Below are positions 1 to 7,405 of a DNA stretch of 12,256 bases, piece after piece. The DNA is from a virus. A program made the position numbers and the translations under genes. The first letter of the stretch is position 1. Each line of letters begins with the position of its first letter. Where the stretch lies: the IMG/VR virus record IMGVR_UViG_3300024262_005036; one strand, 5' to 3'. Under the pieces are notes generated by a model. It ran no database searches, was not told where the DNA came from, and saw nothing but the letters and a program-made list of their open reading frames with translations.

Positions 1-514
1 TTTCTTTTTTAGAACTTTCTTTTTTAAAAACATTAAAAGGTTCCTTTTCCATTTCCTTGAAGGATAATTTACCCCTCTCATACTTCTCAACTTGTTCTTC
101 CACATAATCAACAATCTCATCGACATCTCTATTTATATAGACACTTTTAGATTTCAACATTATGTAAAAATCATTAGATAATTTCGTAGGAAGTTCAAAA
201 GAGTAATATTTATCACTAACAAGAATACACTTTACTCGTTTATTATTGTAATGAAATAAAAATAGATTATCATCATTTATAAAACATGCAAAAGATATAG
301 AATCTTTATCTGACACAATCCCTCTTGATGATGAAATTATTGTTTCAATATCTTTAGTATTTTCTATTATTGAAAGCATTAATGAGTCACCAATTTTATG
401 TTCTGGTATTGATTTACCAAATAAATATATTTTATCGTAGTGATAGTTCCAATAGTAAAATGCACCAATAAGTATTAGTGCTGTTAGAGATATCCATTGC
501 CAATTTTTTATCAT
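1..514 (-). CDS. hypothetical protein, partial. The N-terminus is at 514 and the C-terminus lies beyond the window start. The N-terminus has a hydrophobic signal-anchor.
   Basis: ATG sits at 514..512 on the minus strand. Hand translation of the minus strand from 514 down to 1 gives MIKNWQWISLTALILIGAFYYWNYHYDK...KEMEKEPFNVFKKESSKKE with no stop codon. The ORF is missing from the supplied table only because it is open-ended. Confidence 0.5.
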   Translation of the reverse strand, partial: MIKNWQWISLTALILIGAFYYWNYHYDKIYLFGKSIPEHKIGDSLMLSIIENTKDIETIISSSRGIVSDKDSISFACFINDDNLFLFHYNNKRVKCILVSDKYYSFELPTKLSNDFYIMLKSKSVYINRDVDEIVDYVEEQVEKYERGKLSFKEMEKEPFNVFKKESSKKE

Positions 515-564
515 AAAGATTAAATTTTAATATTAATATAATTATTACTAATATACTTGAAAGT

Positions 565-768
565 TTAATCTATTTCTTTAAAATCTATTTCCAAAATTCT
601 ATGAGGGGGATAATATTTCTGACCACTCTCATTAGTATAAATTAAACCATTTGTACCAATATTTGTTAACTCAGTTTGAGCCTGCCATTTATTTTCAAAT
701 GTTCTATGTATTGAGAGTATTTCAGGTATGCTATCTGTCTTGATAGTCACTTCAAATTGATATGTCAT
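565..768 (-). CDS. hypothetical protein (67 aa)
   Basis: This ORF is in the table. Its start overlaps the stop of the upstream minus-strand ORF by 4 nt (an ATGA-type overlap), which suggests translational coupling. No motifs were recognised. Confidence 0.4.
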   Translation of the reverse strand: MTYQFEVTIKTDSIPEILSIHRTFENKWQAQTELTNIGTNGLIYTNESGQKYYPPHRILEIDFKEID

Positions 769-1034
769 TTTGTATTTTTATTTTTTGATCTAACTACTAA
801 TTCATTCTTTATTTTTCCAATATTCATATCATAATTTACAAGATGCTCTTTATTATAAAAAATTATACTTTCATTATCATTTTCGATCAACTTCATTAAA
901 TCTTCTTTCAAGACTAAATAGTTGGTTAATAAGTCTAACAGTTCATCCGTTGTTTGTTCTCGCAATTCTTTATATGTCCAAATTCGCATATGATATATAT
1001 AAAAATGATTACGATAATTTCTCTTCTTTACCAC
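765..1034 (-). CDS. hypothetical protein (89 aa)
   Basis: This ORF is in the table. It lies co-directionally in the operon-like minus-strand block and overlaps the next gene by 26 nt. Confidence 0.45.
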   Translation of the reverse strand: MVKKRNYRNHFYIYHMRIWTYKELREQTTDELLDLLTNYLVLKEDLMKLIENDNESIIFYNKEHLVNYDMNIGKIKNELVVRSKNKNTK

Positions 1035-1419
1035 TTTTACCTATATATGTAATATCATTACATTCATATGAAACCTTTATCTCTTTATCTTTGTTTTCTC
1101 TATTAAATGCGAAATCAATTAAGCCATTAATTTTAGTAAATAATATTTTATTGAACTTAATTTTACCTAAAACCACATCATCTTCTCCACGCAAAACAAC
1201 AATAACATCTCCAATAGTTTTATTGGAAATAAATCTCACAATGAGTTCTAGGGGTTCAATTTTTTGTTTTGATTCAATCAGTTCAAATACCAAATTTTCA
1301 TCATCAATTTTAACAAATGTACTTTTTAGAATCTCATATTCAGCTTCTTTGGTTCCTTTAAAATTAACAAATTCAATTTCAAAATTATCCTTGTAGCTGG
1401 TTAATACATCAAAATTCAT
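1009..1419 (-). CDS. hypothetical protein (136 aa)
   Basis: This ORF is in the table and has a non-repetitive, K/E-rich composition typical of the window. The antisense plus-strand ORF 950..1396 is low-complexity (S/L/I) and is rejected. Confidence 0.55.
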   Translation of the reverse strand: MNFDVLTSYKDNFEIEFVNFKGTKEAEYEILKSTFVKIDDENLVFELIESKQKIEPLELIVRFISNKTIGDVIVVLRGEDDVVLGKIKFNKILFTKINGLIDFAFNRENKDKEIKVSYECNDITYIGKSGKEEKLS

Positions 1420-1497
1420 ATTTTTTGATTATTTTTAATTATATATTAAAATAAATGAAACTCGTTTTTAATATATACTAAAAATGAACAAGTTATT

Positions 1498-1965
1498 ATG
1501 CCGATGCTAAGAAAACACTCTGATGATCAACTTAAACACATAAAAAGTATGATTCAAAAACAGGGTGGAGACATATCTAAGAAATTAAAAGGTGATTTGG
1601 GTGACAAATATACTGTGAACACATTGGACCATCCGATAGATTTGTCAGATAACGAACCCAACGCCAACACAAAAACAGATAAACAATTAAAAAATCTACC
1701 TAAGAATAGTTTAATAACTAAATTTGAGAAATTTAGACAATTTGAAGCCGCAACAATAAAACAACAACCTGGAGAATTAAATGTCGGTTCACACATACAA
1801 TTTGTTGATGATGAAGATAATAATTCAACACAAGGTAAAATAACTAAAAGTATAAAATCTATGTATCATGTTAAATATAAAAGTGGAATCAGAAAAGTTA
1901 AAAAGTCTGATATTAAAATAAATATTCATGGTCAAGCACAAACTAATATATCAAATTTAATTTAG
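1498..1965 (+). CDS. hypothetical K-rich protein (155 aa)
   Basis: This ORF is in the table. It is the lone plus-strand gene inside the minus-strand block and converges on the DUF4326-like gene with overlapping stop codons at 1962-1965. Its composition is normal. The antisense ORF 1554..1796 is F/L/C-rich and is rejected. Confidence 0.45.
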   Translation: MPMLRKHSDDQLKHIKSMIQKQGGDISKKLKGDLGDKYTVNTLDHPIDLSDNEPNANTKTDKQLKNLPKNSLITKFEKFRQFEAATIKQQPGELNVGSHIQFVDDEDNNSTQGKITKSIKSMYHVKYKSGIRKVKKSDIKINIHGQAQTNISNLI

Positions 1966-2264
1966 AAAGAAAATGATGGTAATTTAGGTTTTTCAATTAG
2001 TTCAACCAATATATCACCATGACAAGATTTAGGTTTACAAAAACAACCTAATCTTTTACCTTTAAGTTCGTGTAAATCATTTAATAAATCAGGACTATTT
2101 AAAATGTACTCTCTATATTTATCAATTGCCTCCTTCCTACTACTTACAATAAATTCTGCTTGTGTATTTTTATCTTTTATGTGTGTATAAGGATTACCCC
2201 ATTTACTTGGTCTTGAAATTAATACATCATATTCATCCGTTTTAATATTTACAACTGTTGTCAT
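1962..2264 (-). CDS. DUF4326-like protein. The start is taken at the internal Met MTTVVNIKTDEYDVLISRPSKWGNPY...CHGDILVE.
   Basis: The motifs SRPSKWGNPY, LGCFCKPKSCHGDIL are as I recall for the DUF4326 family of small phage and bacterial proteins. The 2264 start leaves a 22-nt gap to the upstream gene. The table start at 2339 would instead overlap that gene by 53 nt. Confidence 0.55.
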   Translation of the reverse strand: MTTVVNIKTDEYDVLISRPSKWGNPYTHIKDKNTQAEFIVSSRKEAIDKYREYILNSPDLLNDLHELKGKRLGCFCKPKSCHGDILVELIEKPKLPSFSF

Positions 2265-2286
2265 AAAATTTATAGTAAATAAATAT

Positions 2287-2664
2287 TTAATTGTTTCTAT
2301 TTGGTAATATTGGAGTGCTAATATTATCATCCAACCCAATATTAGTTTCTATCGGTTTACCGAAAGTAATAATATTTAAAGTATTTAGTTGAGATTGTTG
2401 TACTGATAATATTCTGAAAACCTGAGGTATATCTTCAGATTTGATAACATATATTTTAGTACCATTATCATCAACTTTTTTTTCTTCTAACTCTTTAATA
2501 TTAGATTTTAATCCTGAAATTTGAATTTCTTGCCAACCAAATAGAGTACTAAACACAATTACAATAATTCCTGCAATCCATATTACCATTTTCAATTTAA
2601 TTTGTATAATATTATCTTCTGAGATTATAGGCATATCATTTATTTTATTTTTATATTTTCCCAA
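2287..2664 (-). CDS. small single-pass membrane protein (125 aa)
   Basis: There is one hydrophobic helix, VIWIAGIIVIVFSTLFGW, followed by a charged coiled-coil-like segment. An alternative start at the internal Met (MPIIS, about 2634) would remove the 25-nt overlap with the upstream gene. Confidence 0.5.
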   Translation of the reverse strand: MGKYKNKINDMPIISEDNIIQIKLKMVIWIAGIIVIVFSTLFGWQEIQISGLKSNIKELEEKKVDDNGTKIYVIKSEDIPQVFRILSVQQSQLNTLNIITFGKPIETNIGLDDNISTPILPNRNN

Positions 2665-3080
2665 AAAATTTGAGTTTGAACTTCAGGTGCATTAAAAAAG
2701 AAATAATGTATTTGAGTCGCAACATTACCGACAATTATCCATTCAACAAAAAAACTCATTCTCCATAATTTTCCATCCCAAACTAAAATTTTTACATTTC
2801 TCAACTCAATATTTTTTATAGCACCATTTATTTGAACATTTGATGTTACCCAAACTCTATGCAAATATCCATTTTTAGTTAGTTCTGTATTTTTTGTAAC
2901 AATAAAAGATGGTAATGTTGAATACTGTGATAATTTATCGATTGTAAATGTTGTGGAATTGTGTTGAACTACTCTAACCCATTGATTTTGTTCCAAATTA
3001 GCAAATTTTACATCTTGTTGACTAAATAATTTAATCGAAAAAAACAAAATAACTAATGTGAATAATAACTTTTTATACAT
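2640..3080 (-). CDS. secreted or exported hypothetical protein with an N-terminal signal peptide (146 aa)
   Basis: The N-terminus MYKKLLFTLVILFFSIKLFSQQ is a classic Bacteroidetes-style signal peptide with a cleavage-like ...LFSQQ. Confidence 0.55.
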   Translation of the reverse strand: MYKKLLFTLVILFFSIKLFSQQDVKFANLEQNQWVRVVQHNSTTFTIDKLSQYSTLPSFIVTKNTELTKNGYLHRVWVTSNVQINGAIKNIELRNVKILVWDGKLWRMSFFVEWIIVGNVATQIHYFFFNAPEVQTQIFWENIKIK

Positions 3081-3122
3081 TGTCTTATTTTTTATTGTAT
3101 ATATTAAAAAAATAAAATAATG

Positions 3123-3926
3123 TTATTTTACGTCAAATATCTTGGATTCAGGATCTATCTTCCTGATAAGTTGTTTGATTCGTTTCTTGTTAATAATAAA
3201 TATGGTTTCTTCATTAGTAACATTTACATTTGGGTGGGATGTCTTAGATTCGACAATTAACTGTTCGTCTTTTTCAGTAATAACATTTAATATTGAAACA
3301 TCTTGTCTAACATCAATCTCCGCACTAGAATAAATAATTTCAGCGTACATTCCATTAGGGGGATTTATATGTTCACCATTCATATAATAATTAATAAGAA
3401 AGGGTATTTTCACATTAACTATAGTTCTATTGTTGTCACCATAATCAATTGAATCTGAGACATATAATAAATTATTATTACCAACCGAAAAGTCGGGCTC
3501 AAAAAGTTTATATTCAACTTTTTGAATATTTTTTAATTCGCAATTTTCAGATATGAGGTTTATATTTTCCTTTTCAACTTTTTTAAAACGTTCTTCCATA
3601 CTTTCATATTTTTTTCTCCAATTTGGAAGAATCTTATTAGATTCGAGTCGTTTTATTAATTGTATATTTTCTTCCACACAATTTGATAACTCTTGTTCTT
3701 TCTTCTTCTTATATTCTTTCATACCTTCGAGTGTATCTACTGTAAACTCAACTGTTCTATTGAGATAATATGCACAAGAATCTAAATCATATTGTGTAGA
3801 ATCTATAACAATAATTTCATTTTGATTAATATTTATTACATTTGTAAAATTGAATATTTCTGATAATAGAAATAATATACCAACAACTAAAATGCTGATA
3901 ATAGGTAATATAATTTGTTTTTTCAT
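3123..3926 (-). CDS. membrane-anchored hypothetical protein with a coiled-coil region (267 aa)
   Basis: The N-terminal helix is MKKQIILPIISILVVGILFLLSEIF. A K/E-rich segment from about aa 70 to 140 looks like a heptad coiled coil. This is the first gene of the minus-strand block, lying downstream of the divergent promoter gap 3927-3996. Confidence 0.6.
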   Translation of the reverse strand: MKKQIILPIISILVVGILFLLSEIFNFTNVININQNEIIVIDSTQYDLDSCAYYLNRTVEFTVDTLEGMKEYKKKKEQELSNCVEENIQLIKRLESNKILPNWRKKYESMEERFKKVEKENINLISENCELKNIQKVEYKLFEPDFSVGNNNLLYVSDSIDYGDNNRTIVNVKIPFLINYYMNGEHINPPNGMYAEIIYSSAEIDVRQDVSILNVITEKDEQLIVESKTSHPNVNVTNEETIFIINKKRIKQLIRKIDPESKIFDVK

Positions 3927-3996
3927 ATTTTTTAAGGATTATTTTAACTAATTATATATTGTGTTTTTTATTAAAAGTTTTTAGTATATATACACG

Positions 3997-4185
3997 ATGA
4001 ATAACAAAGAAGATTTACCAAGATATCGTTGTTATTGGTGTGACAATGTTATGAATGAAAATAGAATTTTAATAAAGGATAAAGAAGAACGAAACAAATA
4101 TAAAAATGTAGTTCTACCTTATCGTTATTGCAAAGAATGTTATGACTATATCCAATGGGAAAATAAAACATATGGATTTGATTGA
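3997..4185 (+). CDS. small zinc-ribbon-like protein (62 aa, CxxC...CxxC)
   Basis: There are two Cys pairs, CYWC and CKEC, separated by 27 aa. A TATATA box lies just upstream of the ATG. Confidence 0.45.
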   Translation: MNNKEDLPRYRCYWCDNVMNENRILIKDKEERNKYKNVVLPYRYCKECYDYIQWENKTYGFD

Positions 4186-4261
4186 GACTACACATTACTA
4201 ATATATAAAAATATTAAGTAAAACTTTTTTTATTTAAAATAATATAGTACTTTTGTATCGG

Positions 4262-4306
4262 ATTCGAAAATGAAATGCGTTCTACCAACTGAACTACTCC
4301 CGCAAT
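4262..4306 (-). pseudogene. tRNA-like fragment: acceptor 5' strand, complete D-arm and T-loop, but no anticodon arm or 3' acceptor strand. It is either a tRNA remnant or a tRNA-mimic element.
   Basis: The minus strand reads GCGGGAG-TA-GTTC-AGTTGGTA-GAAC-G-CATTTCAT-TTCGAATCC-GATAC. The first 26 nt are a textbook tRNA positions 1-26. TTCGAATCC is the canonical T-loop with the start of the 3' T-stem. I could not fold an anticodon stem or a 5' T-stem. No CTCCCGC partner strand lies downstream. The element sits 34 nt upstream of the RNA-ligase N-ORF. Confidence 0.45.
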
Positions 4307-4339
4307 TAATTTAGTTAGAACAAAAAAAATTTTAGAATC

Positions 4340-4693
4340 ATGAGAAAATTAGCTTCAATTAGAAAAATTGGTAATCTGCAACCAATCAAAGATGCAGATA
4401 GAATTGAACTTGCAATCGTTGATGGTTGGAAAGTTGTAGTAAACAAAGGTGTTCACACTATTGGTGAATTAATTGTTTACTTTGAAATTGATTCATTGCT
4501 TCCTATTCAGGAAGAATTTGAATTCCTTAGAAAATCATCTTACAAAATGATGTCTGATGGAACCGAAGGTTTCAGATTAAAAACTATTAGACTTCGTGGC
4601 GTTTATAGTCAAGGACTTATACTACCATTAAACATATTAAATTCTTACGGAAAACTTATCGAAGAGGATGGTGAGACATTTTTTGAATTTTAA
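4340..4693 (+). CDS. RNA ligase, N-terminal OB-fold (tRNA_bind/Myf-like) domain fragment of a split DraRnl/NgrRnl-type ligase
   Basis: IRKIGNLQPIKDADRIELAIVDGWKVVV ... LKTIRLRGVYSQGLILPL matches the OB-fold tRNA-binding domain pattern found in the MetRS C-terminus, Trbp111, CsaA and EMAP-II (hPDADkL.v..VD.G...qiV ... K...RGv.SqGMLl). The DraRnl-clade N-module is, as I recall, a fold of this kind. The ORF stops at a TAA, 33 nt before the HEG. Confidence 0.65.
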   Translation: MRKLASIRKIGNLQPIKDADRIELAIVDGWKVVVNKGVHTIGELIVYFEIDSLLPIQEEFEFLRKSSYKMMSDGTEGFRLKTIRLRGVYSQGLILPLNILNSYGKLIEEDGETFFEF

Positions 4694-4725
4694 ATTTTTA
4701 TATATAGATTAAAAACAATAAAGTT

Positions 4726-5649
4726 GTGATGTTAGATATATACAAAATTTATAAAATTGAAAATATGGTCAACAATAAATTGTATGTTGGTAAAACAAAA
4801 TTATCATTAGATAAAAGATTTAAAAGACACATATACAATGCTGAAAATAAAATAAACAGATATTTGTATGATGCAATGAACCATTATGGATATGATAATT
4901 TTAAAATTGAATTATTAGAAACTTGCACAGAGGACGAGTCCAATAATAAAGAAAAATTTTTTATTAAACACTTTAATTCTAATGATAAAATGTTTGGTTA
5001 TAATATGACAAAAGGAGGTGACGGTGGAAATACTGGAAATTATCATTATGGTAAATCATTTTATGATTGGTGGCTTAAGAAATATGGTAAAAAGATTGCT
5101 GATAAAATGAAAAATGATACATATAATCTAATTTCAAAAAAATTAAAGATAATATATTCAGGTGTTTCTTTTGATGAAAGATTTGGTGATAATTCCGAAA
5201 GTGTTAAGAATAAAATTAGAAACACATTAAAAATTAAAGGACATAAACCACCAACACAATATTGGAAAGATAAAAAACATCCAATGTTAGGTAAAACACA
5301 TTCGGAAATATCTAAAAATAAAATGTCAAATTTTAGATCAGGAAAAACATATGAAGAGATATATGGTGAGGAAAAAGCAAAACAAATGAGAAAGAAAAAA
5401 TCTTTATTTTTATCAGAAAATAATCCTAATAAAAGAGAAGATTTTTCTACTAACGATAAGATATTTATATTGGAAAATATACAAAATATGACTATTAAAA
5501 TTATATCAACACACATAAATAGAAGTCCATATGAAATTAGAAAATTTTTTAGAATATTAGGAATAAAAAACATTCAAAAATTTAAAGTAGATAAAAATAT
5601 TGAAAATAAATTAATGGACTTAATTGAAAAAATAAGAAAGGAAAAATAA
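4726..5649 (+). CDS. GIY-YIG homing endonuclease with NUMOD3 DNA-binding repeats (I-TevI/Seg-like), inserted inside the RNA ligase gene
   Basis: The N-terminus carries the full GIY-YIG catalytic signature: DIYKIYKIEN...NKLYVGKT...RFKRH...KIELLE...E.FFIKHF...GYNMTKGG. Downstream, GKTHSEISKNKMS and KKHPMLGKTHSE fit NUMOD3 (GKxHSEETKxKIS). The C-terminus is basic. Confidence 0.85.
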   Translation: MMLDIYKIYKIENMVNNKLYVGKTKLSLDKRFKRHIYNAENKINRYLYDAMNHYGYDNFKIELLETCTEDESNNKEKFFIKHFNSNDKMFGYNMTKGGDGGNTGNYHYGKSFYDWWLKKYGKKIADKMKNDTYNLISKKLKIIYSGVSFDERFGDNSESVKNKIRNTLKIKGHKPPTQYWKDKKHPMLGKTHSEISKNKMSNFRSGKTYEEIYGEEKAKQMRKKKSLFLSENNPNKREDFSTNDKIFILENIQNMTIKIISTHINRSPYEIRKFFRILGIKNIQKFKVDKNIENKLMDLIEKIRKEK

Positions 5650-5651
5650 TT

Positions 5652-6350
5652 ATGAAATTAAAAATAAAAGAAGGTTTAGATTTAACGCAGATATTAAATA
5701 TTATAAAATATGAACCACCTATTCCTCCAGAATTGTCTGGTAAGGTAATTGGACAATTCCCAAGTTTCATTCGTAAAACAGATGAAGAAAGAATTCAAAA
5801 CTTTTCTGACGAATATCAAGAAATGAGAAAATTTAGATATTTCGCTTCTGAAAAACTTGATGGAACTTCATGTACTATGTACTTCAACCAAAAATTTGGC
5901 ATCTGTTCAAGAAATCTTGAATTGGCTGAAGGTGACACAACACAATGGAAACTTGCAAGAGAATTTGGTTTAATTTCTAAATTAGAAAATTTAGGACGAA
6001 ACATAGCTCTTCAAGGTGAAATAATTGGAGAAGGTATTCAGAAAAACAAATACAAATTAAAAGGACAAGAATTCAGACTTTTCAACATCTTTGATATTGA
6101 TAACTACGAATATTTACCAAAAAGCGAAATGTTAGAAATCGCAGAACAATTTTGTTTGAAAATTGTACCTACTGTTTTTGAGAATATAGAACTTCCATTA
6201 ACTATTGATGAACTTTTAGAAATTGCAGAAGGAAAGTCAGTTCTTAATACACAGACTGAAAGAGAAGGTTTAGTGTGGGTATCTGTTGACTCACCTGAAA
6301 GAATTTCCTTTAAGACAATCTCTAACAGATTTTTGTTGAAATATGAATAA
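5652..6350 (+). CDS. RNA ligase, nucleotidyltransferase (adenylyltransferase) domain fragment of the same split ligase
   Basis: Motif I YFASEKLDGTS is a KxDG lysine-adenylylation motif, with K68 encoded at 5853-5855. The downstream GEIIGEG, EGLVWV and ISFKTISNRFLLK resemble ligase motifs III, IV and V. Its own ATG lies 2 nt after the HEG stop, and an AAGGAAAAA purine tract sits inside the HEG 3' end. Confidence 0.7.
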   Translation: MKLKIKEGLDLTQILNIIKYEPPIPPELSGKVIGQFPSFIRKTDEERIQNFSDEYQEMRKFRYFASEKLDGTSCTMYFNQKFGICSRNLELAEGDTTQWKLAREFGLISKLENLGRNIALQGEIIGEGIQKNKYKLKGQEFRLFNIFDIDNYEYLPKSEMLEIAEQFCLKIVPTVFENIELPLTIDELLEIAEGKSVLNTQTEREGLVWVSVDSPERISFKTISNRFLLKYE

Positions 6351-6354
6351 TCTT

Positions 6355-6393
6355 TTGGTTGTAACTTTTAATATATAGATAGGTTACAACCAA
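6355..6393. repeat. 11-bp perfect inverted repeat TTGGTTGTAAC / GTTACAACCAA with a 17-nt spacer that contains TATATAGAT
   Basis: This is seen directly at 6355-6365 and 6383-6393. It lies immediately 3' of the ligase C-ORF stop. There is no T-run, so it is not a canonical terminator. Confidence 0.6.
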
Positions 6394-6410
6394 AAAATAA
6401 TCATAATACA

Positions 6411-6656
6411 ATGAAACATTTAAAACATATAAATGAAGAATATAAAAGTAAAGAACTCAAAAAAGGTATAAAACATGAAAAAGAGCATGATAAAACCTAT
6501 GAGAACATTAAAAAGTATTATGAAAAGAATAAAGATTTCCCAGGAAAAATGTTAATTTTTAAATGGATTGCAGAGGATCATTTGGATGATTTCAAAGATT
6601 ATTATACAAGACATAAGAAAATGGAAAAAGGTGCCAAATCAGGCGGGAAAGATTAA
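6411..6656 (+). CDS. hypothetical small basic protein (81 aa). Its C-terminal 19 aa are encoded by direct-repeat copy A.
   Basis: This ORF is in the table and is K/E/H-rich. Its 3' 58 bp (6596-6653) recur exactly at 7483-7540. Confidence 0.5.
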   Translation: MKHLKHINEEYKSKELKKGIKHEKEHDKTYENIKKYYEKNKDFPGKMLIFKWIAEDHLDDFKDYYTRHKKMEKGAKSGGKD

Positions 6657-6709
6657 TAAATAGTACTCTAATAAAGAAAAATTAATATTAACAAAAAAAT
6701 ATATATAAA

Positions 6710-7255
6710 ATGAAGCATATTAAGAAATATAATGAAAATGTATCTGAACAAAAAGAAAAACTATTTGTGCCAGATAATTTAGATGAAATATATAAAATTC
6801 TATTCTCTTCTAATGATAAAAACGAATTTAAAAAGAATCTAATAGATAACGGTTACAACAACTATGTAGCCGATTATATATTTTATGAAATTGAGGATGC
6901 CGCAGAACGAGAGTATGTTATGATCGAACAAGATAATGAATACTTAGAAAAAGAAAATAAAAAAGAAAAGTTTACACAAGCATTTATAAACTATGTAGAA
7001 AAATTAAGAAAAGATGATTTCAATAATATTCCAATATCTGATGATTTCAATAAACATGTGAAATATACAGCAGAAAATATATTTAAGTTTAGACTAAAAA
7101 AAGAGAGAGATAGAGTTGAAAATTGGGGCGGTTTCGCATTATATATAAAAGAGGGTGAATTAGATATAACAGAACATGGAGTTGAAAAAAAATATAAAAA
7201 AATATACAAAAAAACAGTTAAATATTATAATGCTGAAAACTTATTTGAGCAATAA
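6710..7255 (+). CDS. hypothetical protein (181 aa)
   Basis: This ORF is in the table. Its N-terminus MKHIKKYNEN resembles the MKHLKHINEE of the preceding ORF. A terminator lies about 100 nt downstream. Confidence 0.55.
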   Translation: MKHIKKYNENVSEQKEKLFVPDNLDEIYKILFSSNDKNEFKKNLIDNGYNNYVADYIFYEIEDAAEREYVMIEQDNEYLEKENKKEKFTQAFINYVEKLRKDDFNNIPISDDFNKHVKYTAENIFKFRLKKERDRVENWGGFALYIKEGELDITEHGVEKKYKKIYKKTVKYYNAENLFEQ

Positions 7256-7350
7256 TTATGTTATTTATTTTAACAAAATTAATTCATAGATAATAATCAT
7301 AATTATTAGTAAGAATTTTAACCAGTAATATTATTGTTTTTAAGATATAA

Positions 7351-7382
7351 AAAAGAGAATTTTTTCAAATTCTCTTTTTTAT
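7351..7382 (+). terminator. rho-independent terminator
   Basis: The stem AGAGAATTT (7354-7362) pairs with AAATTCTCT (7367-7375) around the loop TTTC, and a T-run follows at 7376-7380. Confidence 0.6.
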
Positions 7383-7405
7383 TTAAACTAATTTAAATAT
7401 TTACG

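Noticed and set aside
950-1396. Plus-strand 148-aa ORF
   Set aside because: It has a low-complexity S/L/I/T-rich translation and lies antisense to the better-composed minus-strand ORF 1009-1419. This is a typical shadow ORF in AT-rich DNA.
1554-1796. Minus-strand 80-aa ORF inside 1498-1965
   Set aside because: It is an F/L/C-rich shadow of the plus-strand K-rich ORF.
4262-4306. A complete functional tRNA gene
   Set aside because: The acceptor 5' strand, D-arm and T-loop are present. No anticodon stem-loop, 5' T-stem or 3' acceptor strand (CTCCCGC) can be formed from the neighbouring sequence.
4693-5652. A group I intron carrying the GIY-YIG ORF, as in T4 td/nrdB/sunY introns
   Set aside because: Only 33 nt separate the ligase N-ORF stop from the HEG start, and only 2 nt separate the HEG stop from the C-ORF ATG. 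That leaves no room for P1-P9 core structure. The C-half has its own ATG and a purine-rich tract upstream. Free-standing insertion with gene fission is the simpler reading. RNA data could still overturn it.
5061-6004. Minus-strand ORFs 5061-5573, 5582-5770 and 5816-6004
   Set aside because: They lie antisense to the confidently assigned HEG and ligase NTase genes. Their translations are F/L/I/C-rich low-complexity.
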